A stretch of DNA of 64,000 nucleotides from positions 3,424,001 to 3,488,000 of the forward strand of contig OY969763.1 of the NCBI GenBank assembly GCA_963702845.1, in the 5' to 3' direction. This document shows, piece by piece, positions 42,301-56,500 of the stretch. Positions within the stretch are counted from its first letter, which is position 1; the number at the start of each line of letters is the position of its first letter. The translations under genes were made by a program, and so were the position numbers. Under the pieces are notes generated by a model, which had not been told where the DNA came from, searched no databases, and saw nothing but the letters and a program-made list of their open reading frames with translations. This DNA is from an uncultured Verrucomicrobiae bacterium (GTDB taxonomy: Bacteria; Verrucomicrobiota; Verrucomicrobiia; Limisphaerales; Palsa-1400).

Positions 42301-43558
42301 ACGTGCTCGGATCACTATTCAAATTGATCGGTATGTCGAACACACGATTTGGATTGCCAGTCGGACGCGCGCGGTCGGGCTGGAAATCGCCGTCGCGATC
42401 GAGAAACACATCCACGTTATTTCCGGTCGTCGAGTTGTTATTATCGTCGATCCAGCCGTTTGGCGATGCGTTGGTGTTCAACGCGGCAATTGTCACGAGA
42501 GTGCGAGCAACGGTTGTAGGTTGGAAGCTGGATGGAGTAGACAAGCCGGGAGAGAACGGAGATGGGCTATCGCTCGTCCACACGCGGTAGCTGGCATCGC
42601 TGATATGGCAGGTCAGATTCTGACGCAGCAGGATTTCACCGGTCTGCGCATCAACAAGTGTCTGGAAACGTTCCACAGGCGTACCGACTGTGACGAGTAC
42701 TTGCCAGCATAAGCGAACAGTGTTGGCATCCATCGGCAACCAAGTGAGATGAATGTAAGAATCGCCATAAATCTTACCGGGCGCTTTCAGGTTCTGCGCC
42801 TGTTCAGAACCATTAGCATCGGACACCGTTTGGATGTCATCAGCGTTTAGAGAATTTCCAACATCTTGCGCAGCCAAAACCAACGCCTGCCGTGCGGAAA
42901 TGGGCAAATTGGCTTTTAGCGCCGCGCGGGTCGCGGCGTCCTGATGTGCAGCCGCAGCTGGATCAGGCAGAAAATGCGTCGAAATGTTAACGAGTTCACT
43001 GTTCTTAGTCACGTGACCCATGAGCACTGCCTCGAATACCGAAATATCATCCAGTTGCTGTTCCCAGATCATGGTATGCAGGCCATTGTGCGCTGTCGTG
43101 TAATCGCGTTTGACCTTTGCACCATTTAATACTTCGCCGCCATGGCCGAAGAGAGCTGAGTGCTCGTTGAGGAATGATTTAATAATCTGCTGATGCGTTG
43201 CATTTTGCGCGTGGCTTTTGGCCAGAGCACCGCCCTGCCCGTTTGGTCCAGTGAGGAATCCATCGGCTGATTGCACCCAGTGCGGCGTATTCAGAAGGCG
43301 GTCGACACTGACTTTTGCGCCCGGCACAAGTTGTTCGAGCTTGTGTAAACCATTTTTCTTTTGCGCGGGTAACTCCGGTGTAAGCATCGCATGTCGTTTA
43401 TCAACATTCGGCGTGGGCGCATGGTCGCGATTGAACGCTTGTTGCGCACTGGCGCACTGCACAAGCGGCGTCAGCAAGAGCGCCGCGATGATGCAAGATG
43501 CCTGCCGCAAAACCCGGGCGGCGCAATTGATTTGTGAGGTTGTGGGTCGGTTTTTCAT
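36346..43558 (-). CDS. Giant secreted M36 (fungalysin-type) metallopeptidase with proprotein-convertase P-like and DUF11 domains, about 2400 aa (frameshifts after about 37100)
   Basis: Signal peptide and propeptide; YGFTEAAGNYQ, HESTHG, GEGWSDF, EVHHAGEVW and WRGFAKRGMG; P-like SHTFDSDL..GTWYL; DUF11 DLSLT..LTYT..N.GP..A. Continues via ORF 36673..37251 to ..STDLTNW..TRYYRAFRMPH-stop at 36346. Confidence 0.88.
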
Positions 43559-43568
43559 GGACGATGAA

Positions 43569-46500
43569 CTATTGCGCTCGCAGACGGAAGAATCGCGCGG
43601 AATTGGATGAGGACACCTGGAATTGGTATTGCCCGTTCACCAGCACTGCCGAGGAATCGGTCACTGGCGTCCACACACCAGAAGGTGCGAGGCTGGTTGT
43701 TTGCTCAATGACAAAGTTGCTTCCGGCCCACCCAGGCCACGTCAACACCAAACCGTTCTGGGCGGCAAACGCCCCGAGCGCTGGCCCGTCAATTTCAACT
43801 TTCGTAGAAGCGGTGTTGTTGCCCTTGAGGGGATCAAACGTTGCGCTGGCAACACGAACCGTTACCAGATTTGTCGTCCCGCCTAAGCCAACCGCCGATG
43901 CAGTAATCGTCACTGTCGGCGAGGTATTCGGATCCGAGTTCACTGGCAAGTCGCCGAGCGCAACCACGACGAGCCCGGTTGAGTTCGTAGTAATTACAGC
44001 AGAGCCGAGACTGCTCGAAACGCTTTGCAGCGCCAATCCAGCGGGCAATTGGTTGGTAAGCATGACGGCGGCTGCAGTCGAGAACCCGTTGTTGATTGCC
44101 CTCATCGTGATGGTGACATTGGTGTTGATCAGCACCGGGTTCGGACTAACCGAGATGGCAGCAGCCATGTCGGCTTGCGCTGTATCGACTTCAGTCAAAA
44201 CGCTTGCGATGTTGTTCGCCAGGTTCGGGTCAAACTGGTCTGCCACAACTGTGATCGTATTGGTGAATGTTCCAGTCACATCAGCGCGCACGAAGATGTC
44301 GAAGCTTTGCGTGCCATCCTTGAGCAGGTAGGCCAGCGGACAGCTCAACGTGTTGCTGCTGATGTTGAAAGTGCAGTTGCAAGTGTTGGATAGATACGTC
44401 ATACCGGCAGGCAGCGCATCAGTGAACACAAGATTGGTAGCGCCGGCAGGTCCGTAGTTACTGAACGTAATGTGGTAGTTAACAACGTTACTGACAGTCG
44501 CGGGAACAAGTAATTGTGTCATGCTGACTGCGAGATCGGCACTCTGGTCCAGGCGCGCGCCTGTCGTTAAGTTAAGGATCCAGCCGTTGTTAATCGTGCC
44601 GCTGTCGTGGTAAGTCGAGTCGACGATATACAGCGACCACAGGCCATTCGGGTTGATTCCGTTGAAAGCACCCATCGACACCTGGTAAGGTCCAGGCGGA
44701 GCGTCTGGGAACGACGGATAGAAAAACGGCTCGCTCGCGGCCGTGCCGAGCGTTGGCTTGTTAGTGCCAGTCGTAATTGGCGCCTCATTCGGCAATGCTG
44801 GATATGAATCATCGAACGTCAGGCGAACGTTGCTAATGCTGAAAGGCCCACCATCCGCTGCCATGAGCAGTGTGTTCGGAGCAGACCCGCTCGAATTATT
44901 TGGAGCTGCCAACAATGCATCAATGTCGTCAGGATACGTGTGGCTCACGCCGGCCAACGTTGCCGTGACTTTCGCAACAGTTCCGACCACGCCAGAGACG
45001 TTCATCTGTGCCGGATATGGCGTCGCTTTAGTCGGTGCGTTTGAACTGTCATTAATCACGATCGTGGCCGAATTCGTGAAGGAATAGGTGTGACCACCAA
45101 TCGGGAATGCGAACAGGCCCGTTCCCAACGGTCGACGAATAGCGCCGACAACATCCTCGAGCACGAAGGTCGCAGTAATCGTTTGTCCGTTTGTCGCATT
45201 CGCTTTGAACGAAAAGCGCTGAGACACAGACGGACCATTCTCGATGAGCGTCCCGTACGATCCCGAGTTACCCACACCATTATAAGGTGTCGCGGCAGTC
45301 GCGTTCGTGACGCCGTTGGTATTCAGAAGCGTCGCGATTAGGTTCGTTGTGTTACCACCACCCGTATTGCGGAAGGCGAAGTAGAGCGTGACGGTTTCGC
45401 TCGGATCAATCAAACCGTTGACCGGACCGCTCTCGCTCAAGAGCGCAACACCAGCGGGAACAACCAGACTGCCGTTATCTTCAACAATCGTCAGCGTTGC
45501 CGTTGTTGGCGTAATCAGCACTGCGCCCGTTGAAGGATTGGACAGCGTTAACACCACCGTTTTATCGCCGGTAATGATGTTGTTATCTTGAACGACAACA
45601 TCGAACGTCTTAATCGTCTCACCGGGCAGGAATAAAAGCGTGCCGTTGGTGGCCGCGTAGTTAATCGGGGCGGTTGCCGACCCATCTTTGGTTGCGAAAT
45701 CTACGCTCGCCGATCCGTTGGTAACACTGGTGCGTTGCACAGTGATCGTAACGGCATGCCCGTTCTTCAATACACGATAATTTGCGCTGGAGAACCGCAG
45801 TCCGATATCGTTGTCCAGCACAGTCAGCACAGCATTGGAGCTGGTAATTTTAGCTCCGGTGGAAGGATTGAACAGGTTCAAGAGCACCGTTTGGTCACCG
45901 TCAACAGCCGTGTTATCAATGATCGGGACAGTAAACGTCGCGGTGGCCTGGCCATTGACGAATGTCAACAAACCGTTCGTGCCAACATATCGTAATCCGG
46001 CGCGGGCGGTGCCGTCAGCCGTCGAGAAACCGACAGTAACAGTCCCGGTATTAATGGAACTTCGGTTGACTGTGATCACTGCGTTCGTCCCGCCTTCATT
46101 GACGACGTAGGTCGGGCTCGAGTAGCTCAGGCCAGAGTGTGTATTGATAATCGTCACCACAGCCGAATTAGGCAAACCAAGGAAGGTGTTTGGCGCCGGG
46201 TTCCTCAAGATAATAGAAAACTGTTCATCTGCGGTGATCTGACCGTCGTCCAGAATCGGGATGAAGATCAACTTGGTCACTTCACCGGGTCCGAACGTCA
46301 ACGTTCCCGACGTTGTTGTGTAATCCTCACCGGCCACCGCGACACCGTTAGTGCTCAGCGCGTTGGTGGTTGAATAGTCGACGGTCACAGTTCCGTTCGT
46401 TCCACTGTTGCGAACAACAGTGACAAACACAGAACCGGCATCCTGACGCACGAAGTACGCCGGATTCGCGAACGTGAAGTTCACATGATCATCGTTGATC

Positions 46501-49500
46501 GTAACCGTGGCAGCGCCAATCCCTCCGATGATCGCCCCGCCTTGCGGATTACTCAAAGTAACGTTGAAGATTTTATCCGGCTGGACTGTCGTGTGATGAG
46601 CGATCGGAATGTTCACCGTCTTTGCAATTTCGCCATCGGCGAAATTCACCACAACGCTCGTCGTCGTGTAATCCTGACCGGCAATTGCCGTGACGTCAGA
46701 TGTTGTCAGCTGAACGGAAACCGGGCCGGTACTGCCGTTCGTGCGCAACACATTAATCGCGACTGCGCCGCCAGATTGAATCACGGAGTAATTGGTTTGC
46801 GACAAAGTCAATGCACCGTGGCCAAAGCTCGATTCGGCAATCGTCAGGGTAGCCACATTCGGCGAGACAAGATATCCGCCTTGCGGATTGCTCAATTGCA
46901 GCCCCACCGTTTGATCACCGTCAACCAGCCCGTCGTTGAGAATCTGGATGCGGAACAGCTTGTTACTTTCGCCGTCGTTGAACACAAACGTGTTCGTCGT
47001 CGGAACGTAATTGATGAACGGAATAGCACTGCCGCCAACCGTTGCCACATCGACCGAGATCGTGCCAATTGTACTGCCAGTACGAATAACTGGAATCACT
47101 GCTGAGCCGGACGGAGTGTTTTCGGCCACTCGGGTACTGAGCCGCATCAAATGACACACCGCTGTCGTCATTGATGATGGTCAGGATAGAATATGGCTGA
47201 GGTCCGAGAGCCCCGTTGTGCGCATTGAGAATCAAATCCAGGAATCGATCGCCGTCGACAAGGTTGTTGTCGATGATGGGGACAATCACCGTCTGATATG
47301 TTTCGCCACGAGGGAAGATAATCGTATTCGTCACACCAACGTAATCGATGCCCGCAACCGCCGATTCATCGCGAGTAATCACATCGAAAGATGCAGGATT
47401 GACCGAAGACGTTTCGGTACCTTCAATTCTGCGCAACGTGATAATGGCGTTGGTTCCGTTTTCATTGACCACGTACTCTGCTGAAGTGAACGTGACTTTA
47501 CCCTCGCCTTTGATTGCACCTCCGGCCAACCGGGCAATGCAACCTTGTGCAATATTGTCGAAATGCGTAAAGCCGCCGCCGACGATGATCTGGTCGTCTG
47601 CCTGCAATACCATGGTGCCGACAAAATTATCGGCTCCTGCTCCGAAGTTAATGCTGGGGTCAACCGTTCCATCTGCAGCAAGTCGGGTCAGGCGATAACG
47701 GGTTACCCCGTTCGCCTGGGTAAATTCGCCGGCTACGAGAACGCGGCCTTGTGAATCAAGCGCCAGCGACAGCACTGAATCGTTCGCACCCACGCCGACA
47801 TTGAACGTCGGATCCACAGTACCATCCGCATTCAATCGAGCCACGTGGCTAAGAGCTGTTCCGTTAACAGCGGTAAACAGTCCACCAACGACAATCTTAC
47901 CGTCTGGCTGAACCGCGATCGCACGCACAGAACCATTTGTCCCGGTGTCAGGGTTAAACGTCGCATCAAGTGAACCGTCAGGATTCAAACGTGCGATGTG
48001 ACCGTGCGGCACTCCATTGAAAATGGTGAAATCACCACCAATGACGATTTTGCCGTCCGCCTGCTGCGCCATTGCAAAAATCGTGCCGTCAACTCCGACA
48101 ACACCATTTCCGGGATTGAACGTCGGATCAACGGTCCCGTTGTCATTGATGCGCACCACGCCGTTGGCAGGGAAACCGTTGAAGGTTCCAAATGCGCCAG
48201 CGGCATACATTTGACGATTTTGCTTCGGTCCAAAAAACGTTTCCACCAGTGCATAGATTGCACCATCTGCGCCAGCGCCCGGATTGAACGTCTCGTCCAA
48301 ACTTCCATCCTGGTACAAGCGTGCGATTTTGTGCCTGAAGACATTGTTGACGGTGTCAAATGCACCGGCAATCACGATCGGGCCATTCGTAAATCCGCTG
48401 GGAATCTGATTCGTTGTCTGAATCAGGATTGCGCGAACGGTGTTATCTACTCCGCTGAAGCCATTTCCAAAGGTTGTATCAGTTGTGCCATCTACATTTA
48501 GTCGTGCGATACGATTATGCACCTGATTATTGGCCAGCGTGAAATCGCCGCCGGCGACCAGTTTTCCATCCTGCTGCAATGCTGTCGCCAGGACGAAATT
48601 GTTAAATCCAGGATTCGCATAGGTCGTGTCGACGGAACCTGCGGGCGTGTGATACGTCTCGTCATCGATGATGGTCGCAATCGCGTTCGTCAATGCAACT
48701 GCATTGGTAGGAGGGGGTGGCGTTTGATTGGTCAAAATTAGACCGAACGTCCGGTTCGGGTCCTGACTATCGTTATTGCGCACCGGAACATCGAAGCTCT
48801 TGCTGAGTTCACCGGGCAGGAATGTAAGAACGCCGCTCGTCGGCGTATAATGGCTGCCCGGTTGAGCATAGATGTTGGCGTTCGTTCCAAGCGTAAGCGT
48901 TGAAAACCCTGCCGACACGGTTCCGGCTGTGCCACCGGTTCGAGAAACCGTCACACGAAGGGAACCAGCATCCTCTGTCACATTGAAGTTCTGCACAATG
49001 AAAGCGAGTTGTCCGTTGAAATCTTCATTGAGAATATTTAGAACAGCATTCGCCACCGTGCCCAGCACGTTAGTGTTGTTCGAGTTCGAAGGATCGCTCG
49101 CCACGACGGGGTTCGTGAGCGTTAACTGGACCGTCAGGTTTGATGTGACGATGCTGTCATGAATGAGCGGCACGTAAAAGGATTTCGGCGTAATATCGGT
49201 ATTGTTCCATCGCAACGTGCCGTTGGTGCCGACATAGTTCTGTCCATTGGTAGCAGTGATATCGCCAGTCTTGAAGTCGACCGCAATCGCCCCGACGCTG
49301 CCGCCAGTTCGGTTAACCGTGATTTTGGCAGATCCAGCAGCTTCACCGACAGAATAGGCTGCGGCACTGAAGTTCAGGTGGCCTGGAGCAAAGTTGTCGT
49401 CGATGATCGTAACGACCGAGTTCGTCGGCAAAATGCTGATATCATTCGTCGCGTAGTTGCCGGGATTGGACGAAAACGTCATGCCGACGTTGAAGAACTT

Positions 49501-52500
49501 ATCCGCCTGGGCAACGTTCGTGCTGACGATCTTCACCTGAAAGGTGCGGCTGGACACGCCGGGCCCGAAGGTGAGCGTTCCATTTGTTTTCACATAATCG
49601 ACTCCGGCCAACGCCGTTCCATTCGCCGTGGCGAAATTGACTCCCACGGAACCGGTCAACCCGTTCGTCCGCAGAAGTGTGACCGTGACCGTGCCAGCTT
49701 TGCGGCTCACGGCATAGTTCGTCGACGAGAACCCAAACGTGCCCGCATAGTAATCATTGTCGATAATTTGTAGTTTCGAATCACGATTCCCGAACGCTAC
49801 TCCGAGGGGAATTGTTTCGCCGCCAAGGGAGAAAGTGCTGGTGCCGTCGGGCTGCAACAGATCCAACAACGCTGACCGATTGCCATCAACCAAGCTGTTG
49901 TCATTAATATTGAGATACAACGGGATGGTTGGCTCCTTCGTATTAGGCGTTGGGACAAGGCTCTCGCTCGGGCCGGAAAAACCATCGCTCTTCATCCAGC
50001 CCCACTGAGTAGGAAGAATGGTAGTCGTCGCGGGCCAATAGGTCTGGTACGTCGGCTCCTTCGTGTTGTTCGCATTTAAACTGAAGTCGTTCGACGTCGC
50101 CGCTCCCGGTCCAACCGGAAGGAAGTTCGTATTGAAATTAACTGCCACGGCACCAAGGGTACCATTCGTCCGAAGCAGGTTGATGAAGCAGCCTTTTACA
50201 CCGGAATTTTCATCCGCGGTATAGGTATTCTTGGTCAGCAGAACGTTGCCCGGTCCCGGCGTCGCTCCGCCGATGAGACGCGCCACGTTGTAACGGTCGC
50301 GTATGTCATCGCGCGCGCCGCCACCGCCAACACGTTGGAAGCCGCCACCGATCATCACGTTGCCATTGGATTCCAAGCCGATCGCAAGCACAAAATTTCG
50401 CGCGTTATTCGGGCTATACCCATCGGTCACATCGTAAACGGACTCGTTGTGAAAATGGTTCGGCAAACCGGCAAACTGATTGTACGCCGTATCCATGAAG
50501 CTGGTATCCAACCAACCGTTCGTCAGCAACCGGGCGACACCCACGCGTCGCGTATCGTTGATGTTGTTGAAACGACCGCCGATAAGAATTCCCCCGTCAC
50601 TCTGCAGTGACACTGCATAAACAGTCGAGTCGACGCCGGTTCCAACGTCTAGCGTAGGATCGTAAGAACCATCAGAATTGATACGCACGATACCATTGGC
50701 TTGAGCGAGGTTATAGGAAGCGAATGCACCACCAATCACGAGCTTGCCATCCGCTTGCACCGCGATCGCATAGACGTTGTCGTCAAAGCCGCCGCCAGAG
50801 TTGAAGGTGGTGTCAAGCGAGCCATCCGTGTTCAGTCGTGCAATATGCGCCTGCGGAACGCCGTTGACCTTAGTAAATTGGCCGCCGATAACGACCTTGC
50901 CATCGGATTGACCCGCAATGGCGAATACCGTGTCATTCGCTCCTGATGATGGAGCGAAGCTCGCGTCCAACGAACCATCCGTGTTGATACGAGCGATTGC
51001 GTTGCGATTCGTCGCATCATAAGCACTGAATTCACCTCCGATGAGAATCTTGCCGTCAGGTTGCAACGTGGTCGCCCAAATAGTGGCATTCGCGCCAAAG
51101 CCGGGCTTGAACGAAGTGTCAAGGGCACCGCTCTGCAATAGCCTCGCCAAGTGATAACGTGTCGTGCCATTGAACGAGGTGAATCCACCGCCGATGACGA
51201 TTTTGCCGTTCGAATCGATAGCGGCCGAGGTGATAAACTCATTCGCACCATCGCCGGGGTTAAAGTTGGAATCCGGCAAACCGCCAGTCGTCAGGCGAGC
51301 GATACGATTCGCGGGAACCGTGTCAAACGCCGTGAAATCGCCAACTATGACAGACTGGTCGTCCCCTTGAACTGCGACGCCATACACTGGTCCGTTCGCG
51401 CCCGGAATCGGGTTGAAACTTGGATACGATCCAGCGGAAAAGTCAGGGTTATGGCCGCGATCAACCGCGCCCGCCGGCTGATCGCCGAATTTGATCGTTA
51501 CCGTTGCTTCGCTCTGGCTGCCTAAGATACCTGGCGGCGTCCCTTTTTGGTTGGGTTGCGGATTGAACAACTGAAGACGGATATCTTCGTTGAATTCCAC
51601 CAACGTGTCATTGGATGCAAATGGTCTCGTCAACCCAATCTCAGCCAACCAATTTCCGGGGCCAGGGACAGTTACAGTGCCCTTAATTTCAGTACAGATC
51701 GATACCAGGCTTGCCATAATCCGACCCGGGTTCCAACGGATACGTGTGGTAATTATCATAAGTATTCGGACTCGGCAGCCAGTTAATGCGATACTGCACG
51801 GATGCCCCGCTTTGCGGCGCATTCCAGATCTGTATCCAAATCCCACTTTCGCCTGGGCGACCATGGACCGGCGTCGGGTTTCCTCCCTCACCGACTGTAT
51901 AGCGCGCATATTCCCAGTTGAAGATCGTATTCGTTTCGCAAGCCGAAACATTTGGGGTCACAACGTCCGTTTCGAGAAGATTGATCGATGCAGAACCATC
52001 CACCGGGTCAATCGTCGGCGGGACAACGTCCGGGCTTTCCAATGCATCAATGTACGCATTCGTGATGTTCAGGACAAACGTGCGGTTCACACCGTAGTGG
52101 AAATAATTGAAGTCAGACGGAAAAAAAGAAGCGTCAGGCTGGCTAAAAGCAACGGCAGTTAAGTCCACAGGTGCAGTCGCACTCATCTGGAAGTCATCGA
52201 AAACCATCTCATTCGTTCCAGTGGGATATACAGGCACGTAGTTAGGCACAAACGCATCCGGGTCGACGTCCCCACCCACAACGGAATCAACATATCCAAA
52301 CCCCGGTGCGAAAGTGTCGCAGAAGATGTTAGTAGTCGTTACCGTATACAAGTTGTTTGTGTCTGGGCCGACCGTGACGGTGTCGCTCGAGTTCAAACAT
52401 GGCCCTGAAAAAAGAGTGCAAGTCGAAGTGACTGACGTTTTGAACGTTCTTGGTGGACCGTTTGTTGTTAAGATGTTTGTAACTCCAACAGATATTGTAC

Positions 52501-53555
52501 CTATGTCTTCGTCATAAACGCCCAAACCGTCTTTGCCGGTGTTTCCATAAAGGTTGTCCTGATACTGATTTATGAAAGACAAGTTCGTAATTAAATAGTT
52601 AGTGTAAGTCACAACGGGGTCCACAGTTGGGTCAGGAATCGCACCGGGGGGCGCTTGATAAGTCGTTATCAAAATATTTGTACCAGAATAGTTTGTTGTA
52701 TAGATGTTCGTATAAATGGTGCTAGTGACTTCGTATTGGACGTGAACACGACCGCTAAAGCCGCCCTTGCGCGTGATTGTCACCGTATTCGTTTGGTCAT
52801 TATCGCTAGTCAAATACATCAAACGCGTTGGAAATCCGCCTGCCGAACGGATACCTTTGGTGGGGACATTCTGCTCGGCAACAGGTCCTGCCACCACCAA
52901 CATAGATGAGTTGGCCGGTTTGGACGCCACTTGCCCATGCGAATACGCCGGAGGCGGGCGAATTATACCAATTCAATACGACAGTCCCCGGTGCGTCCGG
53001 AGCGCCGGTTGTCGAATTGATGCCGCTGTCTACCGCGATGTAATAGGTTTTGCCACCAACAGCTTGGAAGTCGACGCGGCTGATCGTATCGTTGGCATTG
53101 GCAGTTGGATCGTCGTTGTTTGGGTTACCTGTGTTTGAGCTCGTTGGAACGGGCCCCAATTGATCGATCGGAGCATTTGTGTAAACACCGAGAACCGTAT
53201 TGAGGTTGTTTCCGTTCGAATCCGTGCTCCCGCGTGTGTCAAACGTATACCAGGCGCTGTTTGGAGCCGTCCATGCGTACCAGATTGAATTCGTAGCTCC
53301 CACACCGTTATGCGCCGGTTCGCCACTCTCTGCGGTTGCACCGATATCACTGCCATGCACGCTGCCGGAAGTACCCGAAATCGCTTGCGCGTTCGCGAAC
53401 TTGTCATTGGGCGGCAATTGCGCGCTCGCCGAAACGGCGGCCAGCCCAATCAAGGCTGGCAAAAACATCTTGCGGATCAACCCGACAAGAAACTGTTTCC
53501 CGCCCTGCGGGACGGATACGGCGCGTCGCTGTGCTCTCTCTTCGACTTTATACAT
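43569..53555 (-). CDS. Giant secreted protein (about 3300 aa): pre-peptidase-like Ig, delta-60/DUF5122 beta-propellers, tandem Calx-beta, P-like, DUF11, FFRL tail (three frameshifts)
   Basis: ORFs 52806..53555, 51689..52930, 46963..51951 and 43569..47171 overlap in series with domain continuity (junctions near 52900, 51695 and 47135). PPNDKFANA..SIWYAW; QxDGKIxIGGxFT..ARLNxDGSLDxxF repeats; FS...Y.V.E..GTA.AG.DY..GTLTF Calx-beta; ends SARFFRLRAQ. Confidence 0.8.
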
Positions 53556-53588
53556 ACTAAGGTCCTGGTTGCTGTTCCCCTGCGCCCC

Positions 53589-56500
53589 TTACGGATTATC
53601 CAACCGTACGGCGCCACTTTGATCGGCCCCCGAGAAAAACCCACGGGCATTGTTCTGGTTTTGCAGCATGACGCCATTGAGTTGGCGCACGCGGCTGCTC
53701 GTCGGATCTGTGAATTGGCCGTTGATTAGGCCAGTATTCGGGCTCAATTTTAGACTCAGTCGCGGATTCGTTGAGCTAAAGGTAAAATTGTTTGCGTTAA
53801 ACGTAATAACTGGCGCGAGATCTGTGACGAGGTTGCCTCCGCTCAATGTGATAATCGGCGTGGTCAGATTCAGGCCGCTTGTCCGGTTCTTCGGTGCAAC
53901 CCAGATCGAACCAATCAACGACACTGCGTTGGTGAATCCAGCGCGATAGTTCCCAAACGTCGATGGATTTTTAATCCAGTTCACCGTGCCGCTCATCACG
54001 CCACTTCCGTCGATGTGTGCCCATCCAATCACCATTTCGCGGCCAAAAACCGACATGAACAACGGCCAGTTACCATCCTTCGAAACTGCCACCACCGGCG
54101 ACAGTGTGACGCCATCAGCGAGGTGAATTGCCGAAACAAGTGTACCGAGGCGGTTGATAAATGGCGTTCCGTAACTGTCGCCAGCGGGACCGGCGCTTGG
54201 ATCGTTTGTTCCCTGCCACGCAAATGTGTAGTTGCCAGTGAATGGCGCAGGATTGCGGCCATTGAATACAGAGCGGTCCGCAATGAGATTGACGGTCCAA
54301 TTCGTATCACACGAAACTGTCCCCGTGATTTGCTGCGAAGCTCCCGTCGTGTCCAGCTTCAACTTCAAAATCAGCGACGGCTTTTTACCACGCGTAATGA
54401 TCGACGTTGCGTTTCCATCCACATCAAAATGGCCGCCGAACGGCACCGATGCCGCCGCATTCATTCCTAAGTGGCCGGAGAATCCGCCCTGCTGATCAAC
54501 CGAGAAGTTGACCGAACCGGCGCTGTCCATCGTCACTTTGTTCGTGTCGAAGAACAACCCGTTGAAACTGCCTTTCAATGCGATAAACGGATTGGTCACG
54601 AACCGCGCATTCAACACCATGTTGGAAGACAATGCGAACGAGATATTCGGCTGCGTCGTATTAATGCTGCCACTCCATCCGGCGAACAAGTTTCCGGGGT
54701 TTGGATTCGCACGCAGATTGTAAATGTGACCCAGCTGCACGACGGGGCTCTTTTGCTGTGGCGTCACTTTGCCGGAGCCTGTCACCGAAACCGCAAGGCT
54801 CGTCAGTGGTCCAGCGCCGTGATTCTCGGTGAGGAACGTCCGGATGCTCGTCGTCAAAGTATCGCCAGGGCACGGCAGGCTGAAATCAGGATTGCCGATA
54901 TTGTCCAGTGGGAATGCGTCCTTGGCATTTACCACGCCGTCGTTGTCCAAATCGATGATTGTGCTTTGGGCCAATGATTGGTTCATCAGGCAGATGCTGC
55001 CGTCAACGCGTGGCACTGCCGCTGTGCTGTTCGGCCCCGTGAAGCTGTTGGCCCAAACCAAACGTCCAGGATAGACGGCCTGCAGTTTGTCCGGTTCAAA
55101 GTTACACGCGGCGAAGTACACCGTCATGTTCGGATCGATAATCAGACCGTTGCGATAATCGTCGAAGGAGAAGTCGCGCAATTCCAGAAAATCGACATAG
55201 AGTGCATTCTGGCCACCAGCGGCAGAAATGTGAATGGAACTGTTCGATCCCTGCCGATCCAACACAAGACGGCCAATAACCAGATTGTTGTTGAATCCAT
55301 CTGATCCTGCGCCGTCGTCTTCCGCCGACCAAATGATTTGCGACTGATTACGATTGGTGGCCGCGCAAACGATTTCCGTTCCAAACAAATCGCCGTCCGG
55401 TTTTTGTGGAACACTAATTCCATTGTTCACCTGCCAGAAATTGATCAGCACATTAGTGGTTCCGGGAAGGTTCGGCACGAAATCACTCAAACTGTCGGTG
55501 ACATTCAGCGTCAGCTTGCCAATCGTTCCATTTTGGCCAGCAACGATTGTCGAATTTGTCACGTTGACCGTCGTAGCATCGATCTCGATATCGCGATCAG
55601 CAAGCAAGGTATTGGTCGGACCAACATTGCTCATCGGGCCGACAATCAGATCGACCGTATTGGCTTGAATAATCATTGAGCCACCGTTGGTGGCCAGAAT
55701 CTCGCCCGTATTTTCAACATAGTTCGCTTTGATCAACGGGGCCGTCGCGGCTAACAAACCATGATTGATGAATGTATTGATGCCCTTGGTCACATCCCAA
55801 CCGATGAACGCCGTGTCATCGACCTGGAGCGCACCGTTGGTGTCGATCAGCATGTCTTTGAGGTGCGGAACATTAGCACGCGTAAACTCACGCACTTGTT
55901 CCGTCAAATGCACGATTGAGTTGATATCAAGAAATTCCGCATCGAACGTCGCAGTTTTCACAACGCGCAACTTGTCTTCGATAACAGTGTTTGTTCCGTG
56001 CAACGTAATGTTCTGGAAGGTTGGTTGGTAACTGCCACGCAATTCATGGTCAACGATCAACACGTGCAGGAACATATTGTTCGTCTGCGTGCTATTGGTC
56101 GCAACATTGTTCCACGTCCCGCTCCACGCATACACGTCACCGCGCACGCGCTTAAACTCAGTTGGAACAACTTGCGAGATCTGAAGAAAACCGTTCGTGC
56201 TTCCGAGAATACCGTTAAGACTCCCCGCGTCCACACCAGCCAGGCCGCCTGGAAAGAGATGCTTCGTGTTCACCGCCAGCACACCTTCGCTTCGCAAATT
56301 GGCCGATGTCAGGTCGAGGTTCGTTGCATTAATTTCAATTCGCGGAATGTCGTTCGATACGTCAGGCAAGTTCAGGAAGAAGTTGTTGAAACCGCCTAGA
56401 CCGAAGAAAAATTGGTTCGTCGCAATAGTCACGCCAGCAACCGTCTCCGGGTTACGTCCGACCTGGGTACCATAAGTCCCGGAAGTATAGGCGACAATTT

